DNA from: Chrysomallon squamiferum
Lineage: Eukaryota; Animalia; Mollusca
Length of the DNA stretch: 64,000 nucleotides
Reading direction: 5' to 3'
Assembly (NCBI GenBank): GCA_012295275.1
Contig: CM022665.1
Location: forward strand, 10,726,001 to 10,790,000
The notes under the pieces are model-generated. The model saw only the letters and a list, made by a program, of their open reading frames with translations. It ran no database searches and was not told where the DNA came from. Within the stretch, counting starts at the first letter, position 1. Each line of letters starts with the position of its first letter. The translations under genes were made by a program, and so were the position numbers. Shown here in pieces: positions 37,292 to 50,680 of this stretch.

Positions 37292-39772
37292 TCATGTCTG
37301 AAGCATAACAGCCAGTGTAATCACTGTAGTTAATATTCCAGCAACTGCCTGACCTACTCCTCCAGTAAGTTGTTGAGCTACTGGCCCACTTGGATTAGCG
37401 AAAGCATCATCATTTAAAGCGCTTCTGAAAAATAAACCATTTTTCAAAGTTAAAAAAACCCATCAGACACACGTATTGTTAAAATGCTATAACAGTGGCA
37501 TATTTTTAACTTGCTATATTCTACAGTCATTTAAAAAAATACTGCAACTGTTTCTCTGAACTGCCCCACACATTATAAACAGGATATGTTTCTCTTTAAA
37601 TGCTAAATACTGTAGTTCTTGGTATCTGTAAGTTAAAAAATATTTAAATGTGTAAGTATGCTTATATGTTTATGTGACAAAAATCATTATACACAGAACA
37701 AAATGTCAGTCAGTCACTTGAGAAAAAAATGTATATACCCTCCAGTGAATGTTTCTTTTTTGATGCCCCATTCTTATAAAATATCTTGTTTGATTATGAT
37801 TAGAAAATCTACAGTAACATTTAAGATATTTGTTTGCAGTTTTATAATTATATATAAGGGATTGATAACAGCAATTTTCACACAATAATCGATATTCAGT
37901 TACTTATGGATACATAGAATGGAATATCAGAAATGACAAAAATTCATGTATTACTTCATATGATCTATAATTTCAATAAGTCCAATTGCATAGTTCTGTC
38001 CTTTCTGAAACCATCTACCATGTTGTTGTATGATATATTCAAGACTGGTACGAGGCAAAGCAGCATCTGCAACTTCTCCTGCCTGGATAAAAACCTGCAG
38101 AAATAAACATATGCAATGATGAATAAAACATGATTTTGACAGTATAAATGCATACACACACAGACAAACAAACATAAACAAAATCGAATATATATACTTA
38201 CGTTCAGATAATAAAAGAGATAGAATCTGGATAGTGAATACATATAGCCAGTACTCAAAACATATTTATCAAAGACTGCAGTCTATGCTTTCCTGCCTAT
38301 GACAGGATGCAAATGAAAGATCACTTGCTGTTAAACATTAAGAGTAGTTCATGAAATGGCAGCTGCAAATTTCCTTTCATATGTCCGATTTTCAAAACAG
38401 ACCTATTACCTATTCTTATAAATATGTATTGAAATGTTGTTAAAAATTAATACATTTTAATACATACTATGTTGTCTTCTAGAGAAAATAGAATAACAAA
38501 GTCATTTAGACAGCCCTCATTTCGTGGTCTTCTCCAGTATGTGTGTTGAAGATCTCTGGCAAATGTTGAGGCAGCATTCAGTTTTTCTCTGACAGGGCTA
38601 AAAACAATAAATAAAAGTTTGTTTAATTTTTAGGTAAGTAGAATTCATTTTTTAACCAACTGATTATCTTCAATAACCCAGAAATAATGACCTCATTCAG
38701 TAAAGAATCTGTTATAAATTTGCTGCAAGATTCAGTTCTTTTAAAAGTTATATATATATATATATATACATATAAATATACACATACACAGAACAATTTG
38801 TGCTCTTTGATGTACACTCTCTCACACTCAGACATTAGAAGTACTGCCTGAGTATACAAAAACAAATTAAATAATTTCCATTATTTTTGTAAAATTATAT
38901 ATATATCTATATAAGCAATTGTTTTAATACAGTAGCATTCTATTGATATTTTTTATTTTTCATCATTATTTTTTTTTTTAAATCCCAATGATCTGACTCA
39001 TAGTTATAATAAATTCTATTAATATACTTTATCAAAAATGCAGATATTTCTGAAAATGTTTTTAATAAAAGATAATAAACATACTCATCAGTGTCCTCAT
39101 CATAATTTAAATATCGAATAACTGCCAGAGAAATGTGATAGCCTTTCCCACGTTGTCTATGACTTTCACAGTAGTAGACACTACAAGCACATCGAGTATC
39201 ATTGTCATATACCCCTCGTAGAAGCCAATCCAGTATCTCAACTGAAATAATCCATTATATTTATTAAAAACATAAATAAAAAACAAAAAATGAAGGATGC
39301 TTTTCTCACTTTCAAAAATTATGTATTGTTCTTGTATTCAAAAATTACTTTTAAAAATAAATGGTAAAAATCATTTACAGTTGAAACTTGAAAAATTGTT
39401 GTCCATATATATTGTAATATTATAATATAATCATGAATGTTTTTGCAAACTGTTAGTTATATATACCAAAGATAGAATACACACACATACACAATCAATA
39501 TATTCAACAAACAGAAAATATATCTTATGTGAATGTGATAGAAAAATAAAAATTGAGAAATAAAATATTAACTTACTTTGTCTGTGAGTGAGAACACCAT
39601 TAGGATCACAAACAAAACCTGGCCGTTGACCAAGTCCACAAGCCTGAGGGTTCCTGGCTGGGTTTGGCATCTGGTCAGCTGTATGGACTACATGGACCTC
39701 ATCATGTTGTGACCGACACTGAGGAACAACAATCAACAGTGCAGCAAATACAGCAGTAATCCACATATCCAT
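37292..39772 (-). CDS. MOLO-1-like / TPM-domain extracellular protein, 251 aa, signal peptide and hydrophobic (GPI-signal-like) C-terminus
   Basis: Exons 39772-39577, 39241-39085, 38597-38468, 38094-37955, 37424-37292 (756 nt, GT-AG, in frame). MDMWITAVFAALLIVVPQCRS signal; PNPxxNPxxCG...FVCDPNGVLT, CxC, ISLAVI, FARDLxxxYW...CxNDFVILFSLED resemble the modulator-of-levamisole-receptor-1 family; ends GVGQAVAGILTTVITLAVMLQT*. Confidence 0.85.
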
Positions 39773-41046
39773 TATGACAGAGTGTTTTTAAACAGTCCCA
39801 GTACTGAAAGTATGCCAAAGAATTCACTATCAATTTGTATATACATATAAATGCTTAATATACTTTTGTATATATACTGGCACACACAAACACACACACA
39901 CGTTTCTTTTAAAAGTAATTCATATACTTTCAGTTTTAAAGAAATAAAATTGTTCATTTGGTATCCAGATCACAATATAATGCCATCAAAGTTAAGTTTT
40001 GTTTCTTTGTAATGAAATGCATTTGCTTTTGAATATTCTATCTCACAAAATCATATGTGATACAGATTTACCTTTTCTGAAATCTTTGATCTGTGCCAGT
40101 TATGAATATATAACTAAATTTTGACTTTAAAATTGTGTATTCAGTTCAAAATTACTGACTATAATGTACTACATCATTATATCTTTATAAAACTACTAGT
40201 TGATGTCCCATCCCACTTATCACCATAATGCACATTATCAGTCTGGATAGGAATGCACATAAAAGATGTTTTCTTCCTGTTATTCAAGAATGAAGCTTAC
40301 TGAGATAATAATAGGTATTTTTCATCAACGAAGTAAGAAAACAGATGTTACACAACCTTTGTTTCTTAAACATACCACTGCTCTCAACAATTTGAATTTT
40401 ATACAATTATATACAAAATTTAATGATTTCAAGCTATTGAGGTCTGTGTATTTGCTTTATTGGAATACAAATATCAATAAAATCAATGCATATTATATTA
40501 TCTTTTATTAAATATTTCTACAATATTAAATATGCATTTACTTTTATTTTATTAAGAGTTAGAATATTATTTTATTTTCAACCACCATTTAATATCTGAT
40601 TTTTTAAAATTATTATTAATATATTTTTTAATTTTATGAATTCACAGTTTAGATGTCATTTTTACAGTTCATAATTATAACAACTCATTAAAATTTTGGG
40701 TTGATATTTACTTTTAAAAAGTATCTGATTAACACCTTTTCCATTTTCATCAGGATAAAAAAGATAGTAGATACTGTTAAGCGCTATTCTTTCACACTTT
40801 CGAATGCAAATTATCCGAAGGTTTCCCTTTATTATTATTATTATTATTATACAGGAAAAATTAAACCGTTTAACCAGTGACTCACAATGAAACTAAATAA
40901 TAAATCACAAAGCGATGGAACACTGAGGCAATTGTATTCCTTAAAGTAGCATCTTGTAAATCGTAAGATCTAAATTCATCTATATTCTTTCGATATTGTA
41001 TATAATTGAGATTATTTATATAATATTTTAAAATGTCTTTTCTTAC

Positions 41047-41240
41047 CTTTGAAAAAGTTTTTAAAGTCAAAATCTATTACCAGCCTAAAAGTGAAAGCCC
41101 AAACATGGTTACACGATTACCGAACCTGTTCCACTCGGTTCTTTGAGGTCAGACCACATTAGAAATGCATTCCAATCAACCGATCCTGTTTAACGAGTTA
41201 TTGCCGTGAATTGTTAGTTGTTCTACCACGGCTCTGCATT
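41047..41240 (-). promoter_or_regulatory. Probable promoter and non-coding first exon of the MOLO-1-like gene
   Basis: CpG-retaining patch inside otherwise CpG-poor DNA; strong minus-strand donor AAAG|GTAAGA at 41047/41046; CCAAT near 41171. Confidence 0.5.
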
Positions 41241-41574
41241 AGTCATCCTTTTCTCTAAGAAATGTGTTTTATATTTAATCTGTGCAATGTTTAGTAACAG
41301 AAATGTAAACAAATATATATAGTAATTATACTGGCGAGAGAAAAAAAAAATAAAAATAAAAATAAAATAAGTACATGCTAACAATAGGATTTAAATGCAC
41401 GAGCAAACAATAACCTTAATTATCTGATAAAATCTCCCTTTCTGTTGAACCATGAAACTACCATGCATAAACATTTGAAATGAACTGCAAAATGTATTAA
41501 TATTAGTTTTAATTTTTTTTTTTTTTTTTAATTTTACAATTATTTATTTTTTTAAAGCATCTTGAAAAACAATG

Positions 41575-42029
41575 CAGTGGTGCGCAAAAAGGGGGATAGA
41601 GGGGGCAACGACCTCAGGCATCCAATCAAGGAGTGAAATTAAAATTATTTTTATTTTTTTGTAATTTGATATTACCTTTGTTAACTTCATTGTACAAGCT
41701 GCTAGTTACTGTTGCAATTTCCATCATTTTAAAACCTGAAATTAATAAAGGCATATCAGATCTTCCATGTCAAAAGAGCAACCAACTAACTTGGCTGAAT
41801 TCTTGTCTGCTGATGTAGAAAATGAAGCAGTTCAAGTGTTTTATGAAAGGAGATTTCATTTTAGGTTGATTTATATTTAATTTGTTTAAAAAGTCTATTT
41901 CATTAGTCTTTACATATTTAAGATATCTTCCTTCCTCACATTTCTCAGTACTAAGCCCTGTACTCAAGTCTTGGGGGCATACAATCAAGGAGTTCACCCT
42001 GGGCATCACCAAACCTCTGTACACCACTG
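41575..42029 (+). mobile_element. hAT-type MITE, copy 2 (both ends present, 455 bp)
   Basis: Terminal inverted repeats CAGTGGTGCGCA / TGTACACCACTG; flanks AAACAATG and ATACACTG form a 6/8-matching 8-bp target-site duplication; homologous to 5687-5957. Confidence 0.8.
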
Positions 42030-42355
42030 ATACACTGTCTTGTCATTTTAATATTAAATTATATTTATTATTGTGTTTTGTTTTCTTCTTCTTAATTCTT
42101 TTTTTCTAAGTATAATTATGTTGGTTTTTTTTGGGGGGGGTTCATTTTTTCTTTATTATTTTTGTTAAATGTAAAGATCAGAACGCTTTCATTTTACATA
42201 TACAAAAAAAAAAAAAAAAAACGGCAGACATTTACAAAACTTTTCTTTTGGTATATTAAAAGAAAACCAAGTAAACTTTGTTGATAAAACTTTATTAAAT
42301 ATATATATATATATGTATATATTTGTTTTTTTGCTCCACAATTGAACACCCACTC

Positions 42356-43616
42356 CTATCTGTACACATCCCATATTGAGATGAGTTGATCCTGAGACCC
42401 ACAAGCCAATAAGTTAGTGTCTGAGAAATCCAAAGATTGAACATTCTGTGTATGATATGATAAAACTGCCAGTGGTTTCAGCATTTTCTTTACACCAAAT
42501 ATTCTAACTTTGCAGTCCCAGCTAGCAGCTGCAACAATTTTACTGTCTGGTCTGAACATAATTTTACTAAATCCTGGATTAGTTGCACTAAATTCTGTAG
42601 AAAGGTTTAATTTATTGTCCTCTGAGATCTGAAATGATTTCAAAGTATTATCTACTGATCCTGCTAGTCCTTTATTCATTTTGGAAGAAAAGTCCAAGCA
42701 CATTACTGATTCTTTATACACTTCCAAACAATCTATCATCTTTGATATCTGTGTATCCCATAATGCAACATGACCACTCTCATAACCAATCAGAATCTGG
42801 TTACAGTTGTGTGATAAAACAGGTTTAATTACCATACACATGCCATATTTTGTAGGGGTTGAAACTGGGCTTAATGAAATGATCCTCTTACATTTCTCAA
42901 GATCAATGATGTCCACTTGAGAGGTGATGTCACTTGGTACAGCAAGCATTTCAGAATTTGTGTTGTTAGTCTTAAAAATAACACTAGCACAGAAACTGAG
43001 TGATGAACATTTGAAATGATCTGCAAAATATAAATGTATATAAATCACGTAATGTAAAATAAATAAAAATAAAATGCAATTTTTACAGATATTTTAATCT
43101 TGACAACATGTGTATAGGATTGTATAAGTTATTTTGTGGCAGTTAGAGTAAATAAACAATACTGTATATATTATTAGTTTTTGAAAATGCCTTAAAGACT
43201 GTCCATGCTAGATGTTCGATATATATATTAATATATTCAGCTCCCCAAATCCCAAGAACAATATGCTGCATTATAATAAAGCTAAACATAAACAAAAAAT
43301 TAGAAATAACAACATGCTAACTTTCTGGATGCCATGATGAACCAGCTGACTTCCAAAGAACAGCAGAACCATCTCGACCATGTGTGACCAATTTGTGTTT
43401 GTGGAGACAGCTAATGGATAAAATGGGGCTTGATGTGTTTGCCTGCAGTGTATCCTTGACTCTTCTTGTTTCCAAATCCCACAGTGACACTGTCCCAGCT
43501 TGATTTCCACTGTACAGATTACCTGGTAGGCAAACAGGGAAATGAAGACAGGTCACTGGGCTGTTTGAACCACGCAGAACATACACAGGGTCTGGAGAAG
43601 GGTGAGATGATGTCAT
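42356..43616 (-). CDS. GNB1L: Guanine nucleotide-binding protein beta-1-like WD40 protein (GNB1L/Asa1 family), 319 aa
   Basis: Exons 43616-43322 and 43020-42356 (phase-1 GT-AG intron, 960 nt). N-terminal PSPDPVYVLRG..SPVTCLHF, YGMCM, GYESGHVALWD, RPDSKIVAAASWDCKVRIF, KPLAVLSYH and LACGSQDQLISIWDVY match GNB1L. Confidence 0.93.
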
Positions 43617-44154
43617 ACTGGTTATCTGAAATAAAAGCGAGGTCTTGTTGGTTATCTAAAAAAATAGTTTAAAACAATTATTTAAAATAAAGGCAACTAA
43701 CATTACCTGCTTCTAAAACAGCTGAAAATCATGGACAGGATCATGGAAACATTTTTAATGTTATGAAATTTGAATAATAAATATCTATTTTTCAGTAAAA
43801 GTGCATGTAGAATTATATTGTGGATCTGTATCTGCTATGTAGTTATTTATTATTATCTATATCTTAATGTATATACAGGATAGTTGATTTATCTAGAACT
43901 ATAAATAATTGTACATTATGAATTTATATATATGTTATGTTCTTGTCAAATTAGTATTTGAGGTTGTTTTAACTAAACATAAACTACAAGTTTATCAAAC
44001 GGCCATTAGTTAGTTTTAATTAAACTAATTAACTGTTGGCTGAGATTAAAAATAGTTGATTTCGGACGAAAAGTTTACAAATAACATTTACCTTAAAAAA
44101 TAATAATGAGGCCAGCATTTATTTTTATTATATATATATTCTTAGAAAACTTAC

Positions 44155-44350
44155 ATGGGCATGTTTTCTTAAATGTAATCATTAAAGTTTTTACAACTAC
44201 ACAAAACCAGGAAGTGTCCCTCGAAATTTATCCAGACCATCTGTTTTTAAGGTATAAAATTATATGAAAGAGACTAATGTTATTTATTTTACTTAGGCCT
44301 TTAATGTTCGTAACTCGTCTTGACTAACAGAAGCGTTCACGTGAATTATC
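44155..44350 (-). promoter_or_regulatory. Probable GNB1L promoter and non-coding first exon
   Basis: Minus-strand donor GCCCAT|GTAAGT at about 44155, ETS-like CAGGAAGTG at about 44208, CACGTG at 44338, onset of CpG-retaining DNA; acceptor TTCAG just upstream of the ATG. Confidence 0.5.
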
Positions 44351-45789
44351 TTTCTTGTTACAGATAATTTTAAAGTAAAAATAAATAAATAAAATTATTA
44401 CTAATATTATAATTAATATTTTGTTTAAAGTTCTAACAGGGGCGATAATCATGTAAACTCTGCTATCAGTATACCTTTAAGCTTTTAACGCAAGTTTCAT
44501 ATTTAAATCTGAAAGTTATTAATTTTATTCATTTATATTTTAAATCATGATTCGAAATAATTATATTAAATTTGGTACTGGTATTTATATACCCGATGCT
44601 TGATATTATTTTATTTTATTTTGTTTTGTTTATATTATAAGTGAATTTAGATTTGTAATTAGCGCAAATCAAAGATTACAGAGAGAAATTGTAGACCTTG
44701 AAATTGTAGCGAAAATATTTGCCAAAATAAAGGTAATTTATTATCAAGAGATAGAAAAACAAAAGATAACATACACTCACTGCGTAGAATGCACAATAAA
44801 TAAACAGATAGCAATTAAAATTCAACGTACATGCATTTCAATACTGATATAGTTACTACTGGCCATTTCACTTCTATTGATCAGTTTGTATTTGCATTTA
44901 CCTTGGTTAGGGCGTGAAATACGAAAATAATACCGTAATGTAAACATTCCACGCGGAGCTGGGTCATCATTAACAATAATAATTCAACGCTGAACACGTT
45001 TAAAAGTAATAGCCGAAAATAATAGGGATAAAAAAAATAATAATAATAATAAAAATAATTTTAAAAAAGAACAAAAAATCTAAAAAAAAAAAAAAAAAAA
45101 AAAATAAAATAAAATAAAGAACAAACCGAAAAAACAAACAAAAAACCTCAACAAAACAAACAGAAAAAACAAACAAAAAACCTAAGAACTAAAAAAAAAA
45201 AAAAAAAAAATTAAAAAGGAGAAAACAAGAAAAGAAAAAAGACAACCTGAAGATTAATTTTATGTCCGTAATAAACATCTATACGACAGACGAATCTGAA
45301 ATTGAATACTCTGAAAAATATAGACTGGGGTCAATGAGGAAAGATCATAAATCGAACAGTTTCAATTTTAGAATCTGGTCTAAATCAAACACCATTTGTC
45401 AAATCATGCAGCAGGAGTCGGCTGCTTTAAATGCTAAATATTTTGAAGGAACGTTATGCATGCATGTACACCACTTAAAAAAAAAAAAATTCGAAATGTA
45501 TTTAATAAAAATACAGGACAAAAAAGAAAAAAAAAAAATAGAAGAATAAAAACAAAACTTTGTAAAGAGTAAAATATCAGATTTCACCATTGTCTGAGTT
45601 TTATCATTTTAAATATTTTAAGTTTTGAAGTAATGTGAGATAGAAAAAGAGTTAAATTACATATAATAATAATAATTATTATTATTAAATATAAGACAGT
45701 TTAATAAAAGAAAACCAATAGATAATGTGAGCAAAATTATAAAAAGCGAAAAAATTAAAAAAAAATTAAAAAAAGAGTAAAGAAAAGAA

Positions 45790-46385
45790 AAGAAAGATAT
45801 ACTGTGTAAAAGCATTCTCCGAGATGGACAGTTTTAAACATTCTAAATAGGAAGTAATAATTATGAAAAAATCAAAGTTATCTCATATATAACATTTATA
45901 AAAATTAAAGGTAATTTGGAAAAAAGAAATCTGTAAAATAAATAAATAAATAAATAAATGGATAAATAAATAATAATAACTGAAAAAGCGACAAAAATAC
46001 AAGTGAGTATCAAATATGAAGTTATAAATAAATTTGATGAACGAAATTATCTCAGATATAAAATTTATTAAATGAAAGGCAATTTAGGACAGAAAATGTA
46101 AAATAATAATCATTAGTAAAGAAAAAAGTTCCAGATACAAAGATATTGTCCGAGCGATAACATTTTAAACTCTCTTAATACGACGTTATATGATATAAAG
46201 AAGAAAATAAAAAATATATATTGTCAGTTTATTATAAAAAAAAAAAGAAGAAAAGAAAGGATAACAAAAAAAGACAGTACAACCAATATCAGAATATTAC
46301 TGTTTTAAACATTTTAAATTCAATGTTCATTAAGTATAAAATTTATTAAATAGAAGGCAACCTGAGTAAAGAATATGTAAAAAAA
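45790..46385. repeat. Degenerate AT-rich tandem duplication
   Basis: TATAA(A/C)ATTTAT...AAGG(C/T)AA....TGTAAAA at about 45886, 46057 and 46335; TCCGAG...TTTTAAAC at about 45818 and 46149. Confidence 0.65.
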
Positions 46386-47545
46386 GGAAGGGGGAATAAA
46401 ATTAAATGAAGTGAGAGGAAAAAAATTGTTGAAGGTGTAAAGCCTTTGACTTCACCTTGTCAAAGATCTTCGGGATGCACTCATGGCAATGTTGTCTCTA
46501 GGATTTTATTCATTGTATTTCATTATGATATGCCCCTGTGACTCACTCTACTTTTTTTTTTTTTACATTATTTTGTACCGCGTGACCTTTTTTTTTTTTT
46601 TTTTTTTTTTCTTTTTCTTTCTTCAAACCTTTGATTCAGTTAAGTTTTAACTTGATTGAGGGTAATTCGAAACCCTCTATGTCATGCGGTGACAACCCCA
46701 AATGCTTTTGTGTTGCCCCCAGACTTTGCTCAATACTGTGGTTATGTCGGATGTTCTTTCAGCCTGAAAAGATCACAATATTTGTTTTCTGGGAAGGATT
46801 TACGAAAACGGTTGTAACCTGACACAAACATTTCGTGCAAACATCTACACAAGAGTTTTGGGTTTCAGTTTGCACGTTGGGACACGGTTTTCAGCATGTA
46901 GTCAACGGTTAGACTGGTATAGGGTGGTAACTAAATCGTCGCGGGAAATGATGTGGCGTAACGTTATACACGTAAATGTTATTCAACGCAAGTTCTGTAT
47001 GAATCACAAAATTCCACAATACTGTTTATACCCGCGAATGACCCCAAACTAATTAAAGACTGCGTAATGCGATCTGGACATTTGAATCAATAGGAAATCC
47101 ATAACTTTTTTTTATATGACGCGTCTTTCTAGTCAGGTCGCCAATTTCAACTAAGGATAAAGTTTCGGTACCGAAGTTTCATTGGAGCAACACGATGACA
47201 AAGACAAACATGGTTGCACATTTACATATCAACAGATTAAAAATATTCGAGAAAAAACACTGAATCCAACAGTTATTATGCAGACGATAAATCGAAATTA
47301 TTTTAATAGGTGTCAAGTTTGCATTTAGGAAACCATTTTATTTTTCATTACTAGCTAGTGCAGTGAAATCTAAGAATGATTTCATTTTTGTTGTCGATGC
47401 AGATGTCAAAGGTTATTTTATTCTTTCAGTCTTGTATCAATATTAATTTAAAATAATGTTGTTTTGTTTTCCTGGGTTCATTATTATACTTTACATTTAG
47501 AATTTTAACAAAATTCTTTTTTGTTATTATTATTCCTTGTTTCGG

Positions 47546-47615
<70 letters not shown>

Positions 47616-48638
47616 TTTTAATTTACTTTTTTACACATTAAAAAAAAAAAAAAATAAAATAAATAAATGAGAAGGGTAACTGTAAGCCTATTAATATTAA
47701 TACTTTAAATACTACAGTATTTGGAAATACATATTAAGAATGAATAAAACAAGATTATACAAAACATAACGTCATTAAACTCCAATTTTTGATATACTGA
47801 CCTATTTACAGTTTCGTCTTTTATCGGACCTTGATTTCAATTTTGCAAAATTTAAAGGTTACAAATGATTTTGTTTTTGTTTTTTGTGTTTGACTGTTGT
47901 TGTTTTTTCTCTCTCTCTCACTCTGACTAATAGTAATTATTATATTAAATTACTTTAAGGGAGTTTGTAATGTCAAATTAACTTTCAGATTTCAAACTGC
48001 TATATTTAATCACAGTTCGTAAACAGAGGGCTCGCTATAGGTGTAGGAAATTAAAAATAATGATGATAATTCAATACTAAGACTCTTCCTAGTACTATTG
48101 TCACTACTACTCTGTTACTGTTACTATTATTACTACAGGTGCAGCAAATTAATACCTCTGCTACTACTATGACCATTCTACCACTGTACTATAATTAACA
48201 ACAACAACAATAACCACAATAACCATAGCAATACTACTACTAATAAAGAAATTCAGAAATAGAAACTAATGTCTCTTTAAAATATAACAGTCTTGTGCTA
48301 AAATTTTCATTATAAAAAATAAAAAAAATAAAACCGAGCTAATGTAACACATTATTACTGGTAACGGCGGTGTCAGAAAATGAACCATTTCCTGATATTG
48401 TAGGTTAAACAGTTTCAGTGAATTCAGTATTATCTACATTAAAACGTCTGCAATACAGGAAATGGATATTGCTGCTGTTGTTGATGATGATGATGATGCT
48501 GATGAGAGAGACATACGCAGCGAGAAAGAGAGAAAAAGAAGGAGATCCAGACAGAGAGATAGACAGACTGACTGAAAGAGAAACAGACTGAGAAAGAAAA
48601 AAGGAAAAGAGATACAGTTAGTGAGAAAGACAACCTGA

Positions 48639-48639
<1 letters not shown>

Positions 48640-48715
<76 letters not shown>

Positions 48716-49320
48716 ACAAATGCAAGTCAGAAAAAACAACGAGCAAGCGAGCGAAACATTTTAAAACATAATATTGATGTCACTGTTTTAATAATGTTAT
48801 TGTTATCTGTAGGAAATATGATACTAGAATGTTTCATCTTTAAACAAATCTGAATACACCGTTAGGCAGTGGTTATCATATTACAGCGCACAGTGATGCC
48901 TCAGTGACCTAAACAGAGAAATAATTTAATTCAATGAATAGAGCAGTGTTCTACGTAATTTCAGTTTCAGCAGACCTCCATGCTCTCCCAGACCCAGTAA
49001 TGAATCTATACTGTCTGATTGTTCTCTGTTCCATTTCCCTGTCGACTAGAGGGAGGGTTACACAACAGTCCTTAATTTACTGGTCATGTTACGTGAATGT
49101 TAGTGTACGTATTAATAGGAAATAATATTATACGTTTATTGCGGATTGGAAACTGACTACTGTTATAAGAAACAAACAATACTCCCTTCATAAAATAAAT
49201 AAATAAATTAATTAATTAAATAATAAATTAAATTAAATTAAATTAAATTAAATTAAATTAAATTTAAAATAAAATAAAAACATAAAAACTTGGGAACTTT
49301 TCGTTTTGATTGAAATATAT

Positions 49321-49410
<90 letters not shown>

Positions 49411-49515
49411 TTTAGAACATAATATTAACGTGTTTCTTTTTTTTTAAATATTGTTATATCCTTATTATCTGTAAGATATAATATACGAAAATGTTTCAAC
49501 TTTAGACATATCTAA
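48640..49515 (+). repeat. Two (GA)n microsatellites, each followed by the same roughly 100 bp flank (local duplication)
   Basis: AACATAATATT...TTATCTGTA...AATGTTTCA.CTTTA.ACA.ATCT.A at 48765-48854 and 49416-49516. Confidence 0.8.
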
Positions 49516-50144
49516 CAATAACAAATTTGAATGTATGTGAGTATGTGTCTACATACCAACATATTTGACATATTTGTATTTACCCATGTTACTTAGTGAA
49601 TTAGTTTAAAATAGAAACTGAAAAGGAAATATGTTAAACTGAAGCTTTCCTCTGTGGTCGATTAATATTAAAAAAAAATATGCAATGCTGCACGCTTTGT
49701 GCCACAAATTAAAACGTACAATGTACATTTATTGCTTTTTAAGCACTTTTCCGATGAAACATAAACCGTCCCTATTGTTGTGGAGTATACGCTGTTTTCG
49801 AAAAATTAATAATCAAAGGCATAGTTTGGTATATATGAGAGCTTTCTTGAAACTTGATGACGGTAGATAATCCCCTTTGTTTCGAAAAACAACAATTGTT
49901 GTCGCCCACGAATCATTAATATCGACAAGTCAGCTGCTAATGGCCGCCATTCAAACATAAAGGTCAATGTATATCATGATGGGGTGCGTGAAAATGACTC
50001 CAGCTAAATCCAGTCGGTCTGGACGATGGTGCCACAGTTCTTACTGGGCGAAGCCAGTCGATTATAGGGCAGACTATATCACTTTCACCCATATTTGATG
50101 ATTGTCGTCTGCGCTTAAATGGCGAGGTACCAATTTGGAATAAT

Positions 50145-50680
50145 AATATATTACATTACATTAAAATATGCTATGATGCAATATGGTTCTGTTTTATTCA
50201 CTTCTGTACTGCACGGTGCAGTATGATATGGTATGGTACACAGTAAACAACGGCATGGTCTGGTATAGTATAATATGATATGGAGTGCTATTATACGGTA
50301 TGGTATGGTATTGGATGGTATGCTATGTTGTTATATTATGTCGTGATATTCTATAAATACAATCCCATTGGTATGGTATGGTATGGTAAGGCTTGGTATG
50401 GCACTGCATGGCATGATATATACGGTAAGGTGCTTCACGACAGTCTAGTTAAGTTTGGTATAATAAGTTAGGATGTGAAATAGTTTCCTGTGGTATGCAA
50501 GATATAGTGCGACATGGAATGATAGTATGATATGATATTGTATGGTTTGTACGTAGAGGTATGGTCTGATATGATATGGTATGGCAAAACAAAATATTAC
50601 AGTATGTTACAGCAAGGTACGGCATGCTGTGGCATGACATCATAACATGGCATAGAATGGTACAGTGTGACGTGGTGCAA
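50145..50680. repeat. Degenerate pentanucleotide satellite (ATGGT/ATGAT)n
   Basis: Roughly 5-bp periodic ATGGT/ATGAT/ATGGC units. Confidence 0.85.

Noticed and set aside
43450-43458. U12-type donor GTATCCTT
   Set aside because: Lies antisense within a GNB1L coding exon; all modelled introns are standard GT-AG.
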